A DNA stretch of 64,000 nt from Leucoraja erinacea (taxonomy: Eukaryota). Shown in pieces: positions 1 through 12,822 of this stretch. Both the position numbers and the translations under genes were made by a program. The notes beneath the pieces were generated by a model. The model saw nothing but the letters and a program-made list of their open reading frames with translations. It did no database searches and was not told the DNA's origin. The stretch is taken from assembly GCF_028641065.1 (NCBI RefSeq), contig NC_073377.1, forward strand, positions 160,394,001-160,458,000, given 5' to 3'. Position 1 is the stretch's first letter. Each line of letters begins with the position of its first letter.

Positions 1-245
1 CACGATCCACATTTTAATTGTGGGGGTTATAGGGCCTTTCCAAAATTTTAATATGAATCTTTTCCCAGTTATTTTACTGTAGTTGAGGAAGTTTCTTTGG
101 CTTGTTGTGGGTGTTAAACTTTGTTCTGATATTCCAAGTATTATTAGTTTTGAGTCTGGATCCAATTTAGTATTAACAACTTCAGAAATTATTCCAAAAA
201 TATCAGTCCAGAAATTTTTAATTTTTGTACGTGCCAATCTATCTT
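1..245 (-). mobile_element. L1/Tx1-clade LINE ORF2 C-terminal fragment
   Basis: Minus strand encodes ILKFWKGPITPTIKMWIV, homologous to the L1 fragment at ~7240 (ILKLWKNAPKPTIKMWIS). Confidence 0.6.
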
Positions 246-479
246 TTGATAGAAAATTGCAAAGTAATATTGCTGGTTGCATGGCTCAGCAAAACATTAG
301 GAACAAAATGTACCCAGCGAAGTGTTGGGACAGGTGATATGGGATGGGCCTGTAATGTTTCCCTTTAGCTTGAGAAAGAGCTGAACTGCCTGACTACACA
401 GTGAATTCATGGTGCATGTGCAGGCCGACTGCACCAGAAAGCCAAGTGTCCATATATTTCACAACATACATTGCTACAT

Positions 480-957
480 ATAACCATATAACCATATAAC
501 AATTACAGCACGGAAACAGGCCATCTCGACCCTTCTAGTCCGTGCCGAACACATAATCTCCCCTAGTCCCATATACCTGCGCTCAGACCATAACCCTCCA
601 TTCCCTTCCCATCCATATAACTATCCAATTTATTTTTAAATGATAAAAACGAACCTGCCTCCACCACCTTCACTGGAAGCTCATTCCACACAGCTACCAC
701 TCTCTGAGTAAAGAAGTTCCCCCTCATGTTACCCCTAAACTTCAGTCCCTTAATTCTCATGTCATGTCCCCTTGTTTGAATCTTCCCTACTCTTAGTGGG
801 AAAAGCTTTTCCACGTCAACTCTGTCTATCCCTCTCATCATTTTAAAGACCTCTATCAAGTCCCCCCTTAACCTTCTGCGCTCCAAAGAATAAAGCCCTA
901 ACTTGTTCCACCTTTCTCTGTAACTTAGTTGCTGAAACCCAGGCAACATTCTAGTAA
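480..957 (-). mobile_element. CR1 LINE 3' fragment, subfamily with (GGTTATAT)n tail
   Basis: ORF 563..949 LGLYSLERRRLRGDLIEVFK...FFTQRVVAVWNELP; close paralog at 38056-38563. Confidence 0.9.
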
Positions 958-1719
958 AAGAATGTTACTAGAATATGGTTCCTGAAGATATGTAAAGTAA
1001 TAGGCTCAGCACAAATGATTCTAAGGTGTTTTTTTAAACCGTGTGATTTACTCAAGGCTCACTATCACCTGAATACAAAGAAGTTATTATGTCAGGCAGA
1101 TTCTGAAGTGTTGGGACAGGTGATATGGGATGGGCAAGTATAATATGGCCTGACAAAACTGGGAGGACAAAGTCTAGAAATATCTCATCAACACTTATGA
1201 AATCCTCAGGTATGCCAAACACATACGTTAATCACTCCCATATTTTATTGCATGTATGTTTATAGAATCTCATTTTGTTTTCCTCCTGTTCTAACTCATC
1301 TGGTTCAGATACCCTCTCGGTTTCCTAGATCATTCATTCCACGTAAAGCAGAATTTTAAAGCTGTCTTGTTGCTGTTGTTTTGTTCATTGACCCAGCCAG
1401 TTTTAAACACTATGCAGCATCCCTCCCAACCACACCACCCTTCCCTCTGGCAACCTCTTTCCATCTCGTCAGGGGAAAGGTTCCCCCCACCCCAACTGCA
1501 CTTTTAAAATACCAATAATTTTACTTTATCCTCAAATCATTTTTTTCACCCATTCTCAGGATATGGATTTTGTTGGAAACACTAGCATAGGTTTTCCATT
1601 CAGAGGTGAAGGCAAAGTTAAAAATTAACCACATTGGCCAATCTGTCACATGGGCCATGCGGGAAGGAGTTTGGTGACAAAAATGGGATTTTCCAACGTC
1701 ATTAGCCTCATGTTTCCAT

Positions 1720-2340
1720 TGAGTATAGGAGCAGGGAGGTTCTACTGCAGTTGTACAGGGTCTTGGTGAGACCACACCTGGAATATTGCATACAGTTTTG
1801 GACTCAAAATCTGAGGAAAGATATTTTTGCCATAGAGGGAGTACAGAGAAGGTTCACCAGACTGATTCCTGGGATGTCAGGACTTTCATATGAAGAAAGA
1901 CTGGATAGACTCGGCTTGTACTCACTAGAATTTAGAAGATTGAGGGAGGGATCTTACAGAAACTTACAAAATTCTTAAGGGGTTGGACAGGCTAGATGCA
2001 GGAAGATTGTTCCCGATGTTGGGGAAGTCCAGGACAAGGGGTCACAGTTTAAGGATAAAGGAGAAATCCTTTAGGACCGAGATGAGAAAAACATTTTTCA
2101 CACAGAGAGTGGTGAATCTCTGGAATTCTCTGCCACAGAAGGTAGTTGAGGCCAGTTCATTGGCTATATTTAAGAGGGAGTTAGATGTGGCCCTGGTGGC
2201 TAAAGGGATCAGGGGGTATGGAGAGAAGGCAGGTACAGGATACTGAGTTGGATGATCAGCCATGATCATATTGAATGGCGGTGCAGGCTCGAAGGGCCGA
2301 ATGGCCTCCTCCTGCACCTATTTTCTATGTTTCTATGTTT
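1720..2340 (+). mobile_element. CR1 LINE 3' fragment, (TTTCTATG)n tail
   Basis: [13 protein letters not shown]...RVVNLWNSLP; 8-bp tail repeats at 2322-2340. Confidence 0.92.
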
Positions 2341-2394
2341 CCATTTTTAAGATATTGAACATAGTTTATACCAACGAGACACCAGAGATTTCAG

Positions 2395-2632
2395 AAAGAC
2401 ACAAAAAGCTGGAGTAACTCAGCGGGTCAGACTCAGACATCATCTGTGGAGAAAAGAAATAGGTGACCCTTCGGGTCGAGACCCTTCATCAGAAGAGACC
2501 CTGAAGATGGGTCTCGACCCATGATGCCACCTAATCCTTGTCTCCAGAGTTGCTGTAGGAGCCACATAGTTACTCCAGCTTGTTGTGTCTATCTCTAGTG
2601 TAAATCAGCATCTGCAGTTCCCTCCTACACAG
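2395..2632. mobile_element. Penelope-like element terminal fold-back with degenerate hammerhead cores
   Basis: Inverted arms gctggagtaact / agttactccagc; CTGATGAAGGGTCTCGACCC on minus (~2473-2492) and CTGAAGATGGGTCTCGACCC on plus (2501-2520). Confidence 0.7.
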
Positions 2633-2960
2633 AGATTACAGAAGCTGAAATCATGAGCAAAGAAACCAAAATGCTGGAGGAACTCTGTGGGTCCGGCCAC
2701 ATAGATTTGAAACATATTACTAATCAATATGGACATTGGAAGCCAATTATTATATGAATGTTCAAGACATTTATTTCAGAAAGATATGAAGGAATCTAAT
2801 TTCTCTCTCACTGAGGTCCAGTGAAACAATTTTGTTTTGCGAGCTATCCAGCCAGATATATACCATCTATAGATATAATCAGTCCAAGCTCAAGTACAAA
2901 TGATAGAGCAAACACATAGCCTATTCCACCAGCAGGCAAGAAGACAGCTGTGAATACCAA

Positions 2961-3182
2961 AGGGCCTGTCCCACATGGGCGTTGTTTGCACGTCACGCAG
3001 ATGGCGAGCGAAGATTTTGTACATCGCAAAATCCTGGGGTGCCGCTCGTGACTGCACGTCACTGCCTACGTCACCACGCACCATGCGCGCGTAATGCACA
3101 CCATGCGCGTCACGACCCGTGCGTCATGCGTCGTGACGCGTAAATTATGTCACGTAATTGACGCCCAAGTGGGACAGGCCCC
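2961..3182. mobile_element. PIF/Harbinger-type MITE
   Basis: TIR AGGGCCTGTCCCAC / GTGGGACAGGCCCC; flanks CAA / TAA; CpG-rich interior. Confidence 0.75.
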
Positions 3183-3569
3183 TAAGTGTTTATAGTAAGC
3201 TGACCATTAGCTGATCTAATCCCCTCAACTGCCTGTTTTCTTGCAAAGGGTTGACTGGAAAGTTTGAGGAAGCTCAGGAAACCTGTGGACGTGATATTAA
3301 ATTTAAAACTGCATTGAAATATTGCTCTAATTGTGTGATTCCCATTTGAATAAAAGCAACAGAGGGAATGTTACATGGTGCAGGTGAGCGGACATACACT
3401 GATCGGATTAGTTGCGAAACAGCTAATGACGAGGGCACAGGTTGTCCTGGACTGGAATGAATATTTCTACACAAGAAGAGTATTGATAATGGGGCTCATC
3501 CATTCCTTCTCTACAGAGATGCTGCCTGTCCCGCTAAGATACTCCAGCATTGTGTGTCCAGCATGTTGA

Positions 3570-4085
3570 CTGATGGCATCACGGGCCTGGTTCGGTAACT
3601 GGAATGGCCAGAAAGGGAGGAGATTACAGAGAGTGATAGATACTTCCTGGTCTATCACAGATAAACCTCCCCAACATTGAAGGGATCCATAGGAGGTGCA
3701 GCCACAAAAAGGCAGCCAATATCATCAAACAACTCCCACCACCCTGGCCTTGCTCACATTTATCACTACTATCAGGAAGAAGGTGTAGGAGCCTGAAAAC
3801 CATGACCACCAAGTTTAAGAACAGTTTCTTCCCAACAACCATCAGGCTCTTTAACACTACAGAGCTCTAACCTCAGCAACTATGATCGTCTGTGGTTTTA
3901 GTTCCAACATGGTCTTTGTTTTTTCACTATTATGGTTACTTGGTATTAACTACAGTTGGTAATTTTATTTTTGACTATTGAATATTTATTTCTGCGTTAT
4001 TGCGTTCATAGGCCTGTTAATCCACAACAATAAAAATTCCATTGTTCCACTGTTGGTACATATGACAATTAAACACTATTAACTC
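3570..4085 (+). mobile_element. Degenerate Rex1/Babar-type LINE 3' fragment
   Basis: Remnant of SGRRYRSL..TTRFKNSFFP motif; 3' end TGACAATTAAA. Confidence 0.65.
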
Positions 4086-4206
4086 TTTAAATGAGAGCAT
4101 GTGCCATTGGGATCAATACAATGACATGAATTGAGGACTGGTCAACAGACAGAAAACAGATGAAGTGGGTCATTTTCATGTTTGGAGACTGCGTGGATTG
4201 CTTCTA

Positions 4207-4791
4207 CATAGAAACATAGAAATTAGGTGCAGGAGTAGGCCATTCGGCCCTTCACCGCCATTCAATATGATCATGGCTGATCTTCCAACTCAGCCACAAG
4301 GGCCACATCTAACTCCCTCTTAAATATCTGGCCTCGACTACCCTCTGCGGCAGAGAGTTCCAGAGATTCACCACTCTCTGTGTGAAAAAAGTTCTTCTCA
4401 TCTCGGTTTTAAAGGATTTCCCCCTTATCCTTAAGCTGTGACCCCTTGTCCTGGACTTCCCCAACATCGGGAACAATCTTCCTGCATCTAGCCTGTCCAA
4501 CCCCTTAAGAATGTTGGAAGTTTCTATAAGATCCCCTCTCAATCTCCTAAATTCTAGAGAGTATAAACCAAGTCTATCCAGTCTTTCTTCATAAGACAGT
4601 CCTGACATCCAGGAATCAGTCTGGTGAACCTTCTCTGCACTCCCTCTATGGCAATAATGTCCTTCCTCAGATTTGGAGACCAAAACTGTACGCAATACTC
4701 CAGGTGTGGTCTCACCAAGACCCTGTACAAACTGCAGTAGAACCTCCCTGCTCCTATACTCAAATCCTCCTTTTGCTATGAAAGCTAACAT
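4207..4791 (-). mobile_element. CR1 LINE 3' fragment
   Basis: ORFs 4309..4791 and 4554..4763; CATAGAAA tail at 4207-4222. Confidence 0.9.
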
Positions 4792-5711
4792 AAAATGATG
4801 GCGGACTGTGGGGGTGATGCGCCGTTGTGTATGGCCGCTCCTCCTGCAGTCCGTCCTTTCACCCTTTTTTATTTTTATTTTTAGTCCTCTCCGTACAAAA
4901 TGTTTATTGGAGGTCTTCTTTTATGTGGTGGGTGGGGGGGGGGGATCTGTTTTAATCCCAGTCCTACCTGGTCGGAGATGCGGTTTTCTTCCGAACCGCA
5001 TCTTCGTCCTCTCTGTGCGGCCTACCATCAAGCTGGAGCAGCGCTGGAGCGACGATTTCCTGCCGGGACTGCAGCTTCGCCGGCGGTGCAAATGCTGGGA
5101 CACCAACACCAACACGGAGCGGGCGATGGCTTACCGGATCGCCTTCGGGTAAGCTCCGGGGCACTGGGAACGCCGACTGCAACATCGCTGAGCTGCGGCT
5201 GCGGAGCGTCCAGCCGTGGGCGGGCGGCACTGGATTTACAACAACGGAGCCTGGGATCCGAGTTCGCCAGTGTCGGAGGTCCGGCCACTGAGAACTTTGG
5301 ACATTGCAGTCTTCAGGGAGGAAGCGGCCGCTTCAGTCCAGGCCACTGAAGAATGTTTCACCCGACGCCGATGATCCAGCTTCGCGGCAGAAGGCCTGTA
5401 AACATCGGGTTGGCTGAGGAGGCCACATATAGACCCCGACCTCGGGTGGACTATGAGGGGGAGAACTGGATATTTTTAGTGCCTTCCCTCACAGTGAATT
5501 CTGCTGTGGGGGGACGTTTCTTGTTGATTTCTATAGTGTACTGTTCTGTGTCTTTTTTGCTTTTTTTTCTTTTTCTTTTTTATTTTGTATGGATTTATTG
5601 ACATTTAATCTATTCAATTAGTTTAATCAATCTCTGTAAAGCACTTTGGTTCAAAGTGATTTTGTTTAAAAGTGCTATATAAATAAACATTATTATTATT
5701 ATTATTATTAT
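4792..5711 (+). mobile_element. GC-rich non-autonomous retroelement with an L2-type 3' tail, inserted in a CR1
   Basis: Ends in TGTAAAGCACTTTG...AAAGTGCTATATAAATAAAC(ATT)n; CR1-like sequence resumes after the tail (tcattcgc); no credible ORF. Confidence 0.6.
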
Positions 5712-5939
5712 ATCATTCGCTGTTCTAGGACCACAGTTTCTCACCATATATCAATGAACGCAGTCCAACCCCAAGGTGTGCTTGTGGAGAGCAGCAAACA
5801 ATGCAACACATCATTAAAGCATGCCCTCAACAAAGACTCAAAGGAGGACTTGTCACCCTTCATACAGCAGATCAAGAGGCAACTGCTTGGCTAAAGGACT
5901 TCGCATTCGCTAAAAAAAAAAAAAAAAATGAATGTTATT

Positions 5940-6635
5940 AAGATATCAATGTTTGCAGATGATTGGCAGCATTGGGTTTGACGGCAATAAACAGCAGCTT
6001 CAGGAAGTTATACAGGTCAGGCTATACGAACAAGCAACAACTTGCCAATGAAGTGTGGAAAAATGTGAGAACATCCACTTTGATGGAGAAAAATACAAAA
6101 GCATTTTAATTTTCGTGAGAATGAAAGTATTGCTGCTCAGAGGGATATCAGTATTATTTTACACAATCATAGATGGTTAATATTCAGGCTCACAAGCCAT
6201 GTCACAAGTGGACGTATGTTGGCTTTCATTGATAATAGATTGAAATACAGGAGTTAAGACAACTTACTCCGATTGAACTAGGCTCTTCGAGACTGTTTCT
6301 AGAATATTATGTACAGGTCTGTTTTCCATAAATAAGGAAGAATATTCTTTGAATAGAGAAAGTGGAGCAAAGGTTCTCCAAACAGGTTCCTGAGATGGAG
6401 ACTTTTTGTTGTACGGGAGAATTTAAGCCACTGGGCCTGAACTCTCTTGAGTTTGAAAGAATGAAAGGGGATCTCATTAAAACAAAGAATAATCCTTACA
6501 GGGACCAACTGGGTAGATGCTGGGATAAGGTTTCCTCATGCAGGAATGTCCAGAGTTGGGGATGTTGGCTCAAAAAAAAGGGATCACCGATTCAGGAAGA
6601 GAGGGTAGAAGACATTTATTTGCCCAGAGGATAAT
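5940..6635 (+). mobile_element. Old degenerate CR1 RT/C-terminal remnant
   Basis: FADD-like codons at ~5953; LGLNSLEFERMKGDLI in ORF 6362..6634. Confidence 0.6.
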
Positions 6636-7234
6636 GAACATGCAAACTCCGCAAAGGCAGCACACGAGGTCAGGATTGAACCCTGATCTCTGGCACTCTG
6701 AGCCATATAATCATTAGGTCTTCGGATTGCTTACCTTACCTTACCTTGGCACCAGCTTCCTGTAGGGCCATCCAATGTGGGTAAGGTTGAGGATGAGGAT
6801 CCAGACTAAGAATGATCCGTCCTACAAGACCTCAACGGTGGACTAGGCGGATGAATTATCTTGAACTCAACGGCTGTGAAGGCAGATGAAGGCCGCAACT
6901 GATCTATCAGCTCCAATCGCCTTGGTCCCCTTGCCATTGGAATGAGTCGATTGGTTTGTGAAGGACCGTGTGCTTCTTGGAGCGCCACATCTAGTACACA
7001 TTAAACAAACACACGCACAGGCATCTTCGTCCTCGTTCTGTGTGGGGTCTTTAGATATTAAAGGAATTGAAGGATATGTGGTTCGTGCAGGCAAGTGGAG
7101 CTAAGGTAAAAGGTCATCCAATGATCCTATTGAGGAGTGGCAGAGTACCATGAGGGGCCAAATGGCCGTTGCCTGTTTCTATCTCCTATGCCCTCATGAA
7201 GTCCATCAACCTAGTCTTGAATGAGAAGTATTTG

Positions 7235-7818
7235 AGAAGTATAATGGGAAAAAAGCTTATACTTAAATTGTGGAAAAATGCGCCCAAACCAACAATAAAA
7301 ATGTGGATATCAAATATGTTTGAAACATTACATCTGGAAGAGATGAGATTCCTCCTAGCAGGTAAAGCAGACCAATTCCAAAAGACGTGGTCTATGTTTC
7401 TGGACCTATTACAAGTATGAGGTGCAATAGTAAATTTTAAATAAATAAATAAATAAATAAATGGTATCAGGACCTGGTAACGGGAGGTAAAACAACAAAA
7501 ACAGACTTGGTTGGTAGTCCCCTTTCTGCGGAGTTTAATGTTATAATAGAGCGATTGTTCCTATTTTCTTTTTCTTTCTTTTCTAGGGTCTACTTTCTCA
7601 CTTTACTTCCTTCTCTAACTTCTTTTCTAAGGGGCTTTCTTTTCCCAACACTCTTGCACTTCACGACTCTTGCGCACTTTCTTTACTTTCTTTACTTCTA
7701 TCTTTTTCTTAAAGCTCAAAAAAAAATGAAGCGGTACAAAAAATGTATTAAGATATATGTGTTGTGTAGTATTGTAATTTACCGTACTTCTAATAAAAAA
7801 AAAAAAAAAAAAAAAAAA
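7235..7818 (+). mobile_element. 5'-truncated L1/Tx1-clade LINE with poly(A) tail and TSD
   Basis: ORF2 C-terminus (KKLILKLWK...FQKTWSMFLDLL); AATAAA plus poly(A) ~7791-7819; TSD AGAAGTATTTG at 7224-7234 and 7819-7829. Confidence 0.8.
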
Positions 7819-8939
7819 AGAAGTATTTGTAAGCCAAGTTCATAAGATGATGGTGTATAATTGTCACGATCTATGAGACAGCAGCTGCAACTGGAGAGAC
7901 TGCAATATGACAATCCTCTTGTCTAGTCCTACAGGTGAACTCTGCAATTATTAACATTTGGCACCATGGATATATTTGCTTCTTGCAGCTGGACAAATAC
8001 AGTATGAGGTTTAATAAAAGGATAACAATATGTAAATGTAATAACATTGAACACATTGTTTTGCACATGAATTCATGTTTTTAAATTAAAAAGCTGAATA
8101 AGGTTTATGCTCAGTACAAGCAGATAATAAAAGCAGATAATCCTTTATATAATGATCCTTTCTATATCCCTAGTGAGTTTTTTCCATCTTTTTCTGTTAC
8201 TATTATTTATTGTGTCGTAGTTATAGTAAAATTAACTGCAACAACCACAAACAAATTAAAATATATTGACATTCCTCCCAAAAATTGGGTCATTTAATAA
8301 TTCTCTATTCCTTAATCATTTAGGATTGCCTATTTTGATATGATATTAAAATTTGACTCAATGAAATAGCATAAAGAAATATTGAATTGCTTTAAAATTA
8401 AATTGTGTGACAAATTCGTAAGACGAAAGTCATGGCCCGTAGCCAAAATCATCTCAACAACTGGAGTAAATAGTCAATAGAACAGGTTTCATTCAGAATG
8501 GATCACATTATCTATGAGACATGTGCGCTTGCTCTGGCTTGAAAGCAAGATTATATAGTACTTCTCTTGTTTCAGAAATGCCCCAAGACACTTTCTGCAT
8601 AATGCACTACATTGAAGTAGAGTGACGTGTTCATAGACAAGTGTGGCAGTCATTCAGTTTAAGATATGACTAATTGGTTACTAAATAGTTAAATAAAATG
8701 TTATGCTACTAGATGATGCTCCCTAATTGCAGTTACGCCACTGTAGACTGCAGGGTCTCACGGACAGAAAACCTATCGCATGTGGTCTTTGGGTTTTAAT
8801 GTCACCTTGTGCCACATGGCAAACAGATGGGAGGTGGGATTTCAGACTAACCGTATGTAGTGCAATCTCCATTGCATTCAATGGCAGATCAGACAAAAGA
8901 TGGATATTCAACAAGATGAGGAATTCTATTTGCCTTAGA

Positions 8940-9278
8940 CACTTACGGTGGGCGGCGCGACTCTGGTCAGCAGCGGCCTCTGCAGTCTGTCCGCGTTTTA
9001 TTATTTTCTGTCTGTGTTTTTATGTAGTTTTTGTTATTTTTTGTTGGGGTGTGTGTGTGTGGGGGGGGCGGGGGGGGGGGTGGGAGGGGGGGGGGGGGAA
9101 ACTTTTTAAATCTCTCCCTGCACGGGAGACCCGACCTTTTCTCGTCGGGTTTCCTTTGTCGTTGGGGCCGCAACGAGGAGCGGCCTTCAACAGGAAGAGA
9201 CCGGGGACTCTGGTGCCTACGACTCACCGTCACCGTCGCGGGGCTGGCCGAGTCCGGAGCGGGTGGAGCGGTGGAGGA

Positions 9279-9313
<35 letters not shown>

Positions 9314-9843
9314 GGCCCGACCGGAGAGTCGGAGGCTCCAACGGCAGGTCTGTGGACGACGGCACCGGGAGCCCGCGGGTCCCTGGAGGGAGACCGCTTT
9401 TCAGGGCTCTCGCAACGGCGACTTCCCCCGCCCGAGTTGCGGGGTTGAAGAGCTCCTGGAGCGGGGCCTACATCACCGCCCCGCGCGGCTTGGAATGGCC
9501 GCGGGACTCTGCGAGCGCACGCCGGGGGCTCTAACACCAAGACCCGGTGTGCGACCTCGCACCACCCGGTGTGGCTTTAATGGCCGCAGGACAATCGCCA
9601 TCGCCAGCCGGGGGCTTTGACTTTGACTCTGACATGGGGGGGGGGGGGGGGGGAGAGTGCAGTGGAGAGATAAGTTTATTTGGCCTTCCATCACAGCTAT
9701 GTGATGGATGTTTATGTAAATTATGTTGTGTCTTGGGTCTATGTGTTTGTAATGTATGGCTGCAGAAACGGCATTTCGTTTGGACCTCAAGGGGTCCAAA
9801 TGACAATTAAATGTATCTTGTATCTTGTATCTATCTTGTATTA
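8940..9843 (+). mobile_element. GC-rich non-autonomous retroelement with a Rex1-type tail; contains (CTG)11
   Basis: 3' end GCATTTCGTT...ATGACAATTAAA(TGTATCT)n resembles the Rex1 tails in this window; (CTG)11 at 9280-9312. Confidence 0.55.
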
Positions 9844-11286
9844 TCATGTCCATCAGGTAGCTAATAGTACATTGCCTAACCCTTTGTAAACACATGATCA
9901 TAAACTCCGAACAGCTGGGCCTACAATCCTGCCAGTTAACCAGGAAGGCTTAATATAGTTTTAGCACATTGAACGATCACTAAGCAAACATTTCTAAAAA
10001 TCCAACACGCCTACACGTGCAATAGCAGTCTTTTATTGAGAAAACTACGGCAATTTAGATTTTGAAAGATACGTGAAGATGGCAGATTCGCAGAAACAAA
10101 TTGTTTATTGCGAGGTCTCTTCTTTGGCAGTCCAATATAAATCAATAATATTTTTTGACACTATAAAATCAAATGTGTGCCCGCACAAGCATTGAGGCCC
10201 CACATGTTCTCTGGGAACGTTCTGTATCAATGCGCAGATCATTATCTGTAGAACGTTAGGGAAAGGCACAGAAAAAGTCCAAGTAAGAAATCAAGTTAGT
10301 TTAAAGTTGTAGAGCGGGTGGGTGTGGGATGGATACGACAAGGTAAATATCTCTGTTGTGGTCACCTTACTGATGAATGAATGAAGACATCATTTAGCTT
10401 CTTGGTTAATGACAGCAGCTCGAGGGACTGAGGACAAACTAAGGGACATGTAAAGCTCCGGGTGCAGAGTTGTAAGGAGCAGTCAGTAAAGCAGCCCACC
10501 AGTGGAGAGAGCAAAATGGAGCCAATATTACAGGTGGATAAACATAGCATTACTTGACAGTTCCAATACAACAGATACTCTACAAAGAGGGCAGTCGAAC
10601 TGCGTTGCTTTCTCCGATAATCACCACCTTGTGAACATTTCCAACATTTGCTGCTGTTATTTCAGTTTTCCAGCCGTGTTTAAAAGCTTTCGATAACTTT
10701 ATGAATCCAGATCTCAGAAAAGGAAAGGCATTTGCTGCAGAATTTCACACATATAACAGATGACACTGCTGATGTTGAACCTCCTTCACCGGCAGTGAAA
10801 TCTTCTCATCTCCTCAAATTGAAACAAAAGTCACATTTTTGCTCAAATGATTAAAGCAAGCGGCAGGCATTTTGAATGAATGCTGTAAGTTTAAGGCAAC
10901 TGTGAATAAAGGCCAGTTCAATGTTATTCCGCAAATAACTTAAACCAAACCGCCAATGTTGTCTTAGGTCAGTGAATTTTCCAGAACAAGGTTAAAAGGT
11001 TAATGTTGGGAATATTGTGTATTGGTTGCTAATAATCAAACTCACTGTGTGGCTGCTCTGATCCTTAAACTTATCATAGATCTTCATGGGATAGTCTCAG
11101 ATCCCCGCACAACTCACATTCAGAGGCTGAAAGTGAAAAGTTGCCAATTGATCAAGTCACTAGAAAGCAAGAAGCATTCATGGAAATGTACCTTAGAAAG
11201 GAATCAAAATCTAAATAGACAAAGGGAAAACTATCAGTAAGGAAAGAAATATTAACTGATCATACATGTGGGAGATGCCTGGATAT

Positions 11287-11763
11287 ATATATATATATAT
11301 ATGTATTTATATTTATTAGAAGTGATATATATATGTATTTATATTTATTAGATGAAAAGTGTTTTTTACTATAATATGTCATTATACTTTATATAATATA
11401 TGTTTGCTTCTAATAAATATATATTTATTAGAAGTGATACATATATGTATTTATATTTATTAGAAGCAAACATATATTATATTATATAAAGTATAATGAC
11501 ATATTATAGTAAAAAACACTTTTCATATACATCAAATACATTGATAAAATTGTCGATTGTCGATTAATTCTGCTTCTAGTGTTTTTTTTATATAGATAGA
11601 AAGAGAGAGAAAGAGAAAAGAAGAATTACAAATATCAAAAAAGAGAAAAAGTGGAATGAATTACTAATAATACGTCATTGGAGATTATAAAGTATAACTT
11701 TTCATCTAATCCCGAGTTCAAGCTTCAGTTGGGTTTCCATGCCGGGCCAATCTATCCCTTTGG
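11287..11763 (-). mobile_element. Probable L1-like 3' UTR insertion with internal inverted duplication
   Basis: TSD GATGCCTGGATAT at 11274-11286 and 11764-11776; minus-strand CTTCTAATAAA end similar to the L1 at ~7790. Confidence 0.55.
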
Positions 11764-12026
11764 GATGCCTGGATATTTTAATTGGAAAAAAAATATTTCA
11801 TCAAACACTGGAACATTAAATATGTCGAAGGCTTCTCAAACTTAGTTTGCGCCGATGCCTCTGGATATTCGGTCCATTTTACTGTGATTTTAAAGTCAGT
11901 TTTCAATTTTATAAAATTGAGAAATGGAACTATCCAATGAGCAAAACCCTCATCAGGTCCCCAACAACAAGACCTCTCTGTAATGATCACAATGAGATGA
12001 ATCCAATGGTGACAATTTGCTCATCT

Positions 12027-12240
12027 AATTCGCACAGAGGGTGGTGGGTATATGGAACAAGCTACCAGAGGAGGTGGTTGAGGCAGGCACGATAGCAGGC
12101 AAATTTAAAAGACATTTGGACAGGTACCTGTATAGGAAAGGTTGAGAGGGATATGGACCAAACGTGGGTAGGTGGGACAAGTGTAGATGGGGCATCTTGG
12201 TGGGCGTGGGCAAATTGGGCTGAAGTGCCTGTTTCCATGA
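12027..12240 (+). mobile_element. CR1 (HER1-like) 3' end
   Basis: TQRVVGIWNKLPEEVVEAG..FKRHLDRY remnant; tail related to 28665-28805. Confidence 0.75.
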
Positions 12241-12604
12241 CTATACGATTAGAACATGTACACGAAACAAACATGGGATGATAAATGCAATAAAATACTT
12301 TTTGTAGAATCATTTGTGTTGCTGGAGAGGTATGATGCCTTTCACAATGTAAACCACTCAGTCAACAACATGCACCAGCATCATTGTTACCATGGATACA
12401 GAATCATTGTATCATTTTTCACATTGGCCAAGTAAGATGTATTCAGTGCACCATAGCATAGCGATGCCTTTACGTACCGTAAGATCTCCTACTCTCAAAT
12501 GAGCAGGGGTTGGAATGTAATATCTCATGAAGCACGCATGGTTCATCAAAAATATGAAGACCTATGTTAGAAATTGCTGCCATGATAACAGCAACATTGT
12601 CAGT

Positions 12605-12822
12605 AGGTAGACAAAAATGCTGGAGAAACTCAGCGGGTGAGGCAGCATCTATGGAGCGAAGGAAATAGGCAACGTTTCGGGTCGAAACCATTCGGGTCTG
12701 AAGAAGGGTTTCAACCCGAAACGTTGCCTATTTCTTTCGCTCCATAGATGCTGCCTCACCCGCTGAGTTTCTCCAGCATTTTTGTCCACCTTCGATTTTC
12801 CAGCATCTGCAGTTCCTTCTTA
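12605..12822 (+). mobile_element. Penelope-like fold-back insertion with an intact minimal hammerhead ribozyme core (12694-12728)
   Basis: ~85-bp inverted arms, ~30-nt unpaired 3' tail, CTGAAGA-A-GGGTT/AACCC-GAAACGTT; TSD AGCAA(C/T)ATTGTCAGT at 12590-12604 and 12823-12837. Confidence 0.8.

Noticed and set aside
4962-4985. CCTACCTGG..GGAGAT resemblance to the U1 snRNA 5' end (SINEU-like origin)
   Set aside because: Match is short, not kept in the two related elements, and no other U1 features are visible
4808-5601. Cluster of GC-rich ORFs suggesting a gene or CpG-island promoter
   Set aside because: Lies in an element with a LINE-type tail inserted into a CR1
8727-9620. 297-aa ORF and overlapping poly-A/L/Q/S/C ORFs
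   Set aside because: Open frames come from a GC-rich repeat with (CTG)11 and G-runs; no domain or exon structure
12606-12791. Long hairpins as miRNA precursors or DNA-transposon MITEs
   Set aside because: Asymmetric tail, variable-length TSDs and linkage to PLE ORF ends fit Penelope retroelements better
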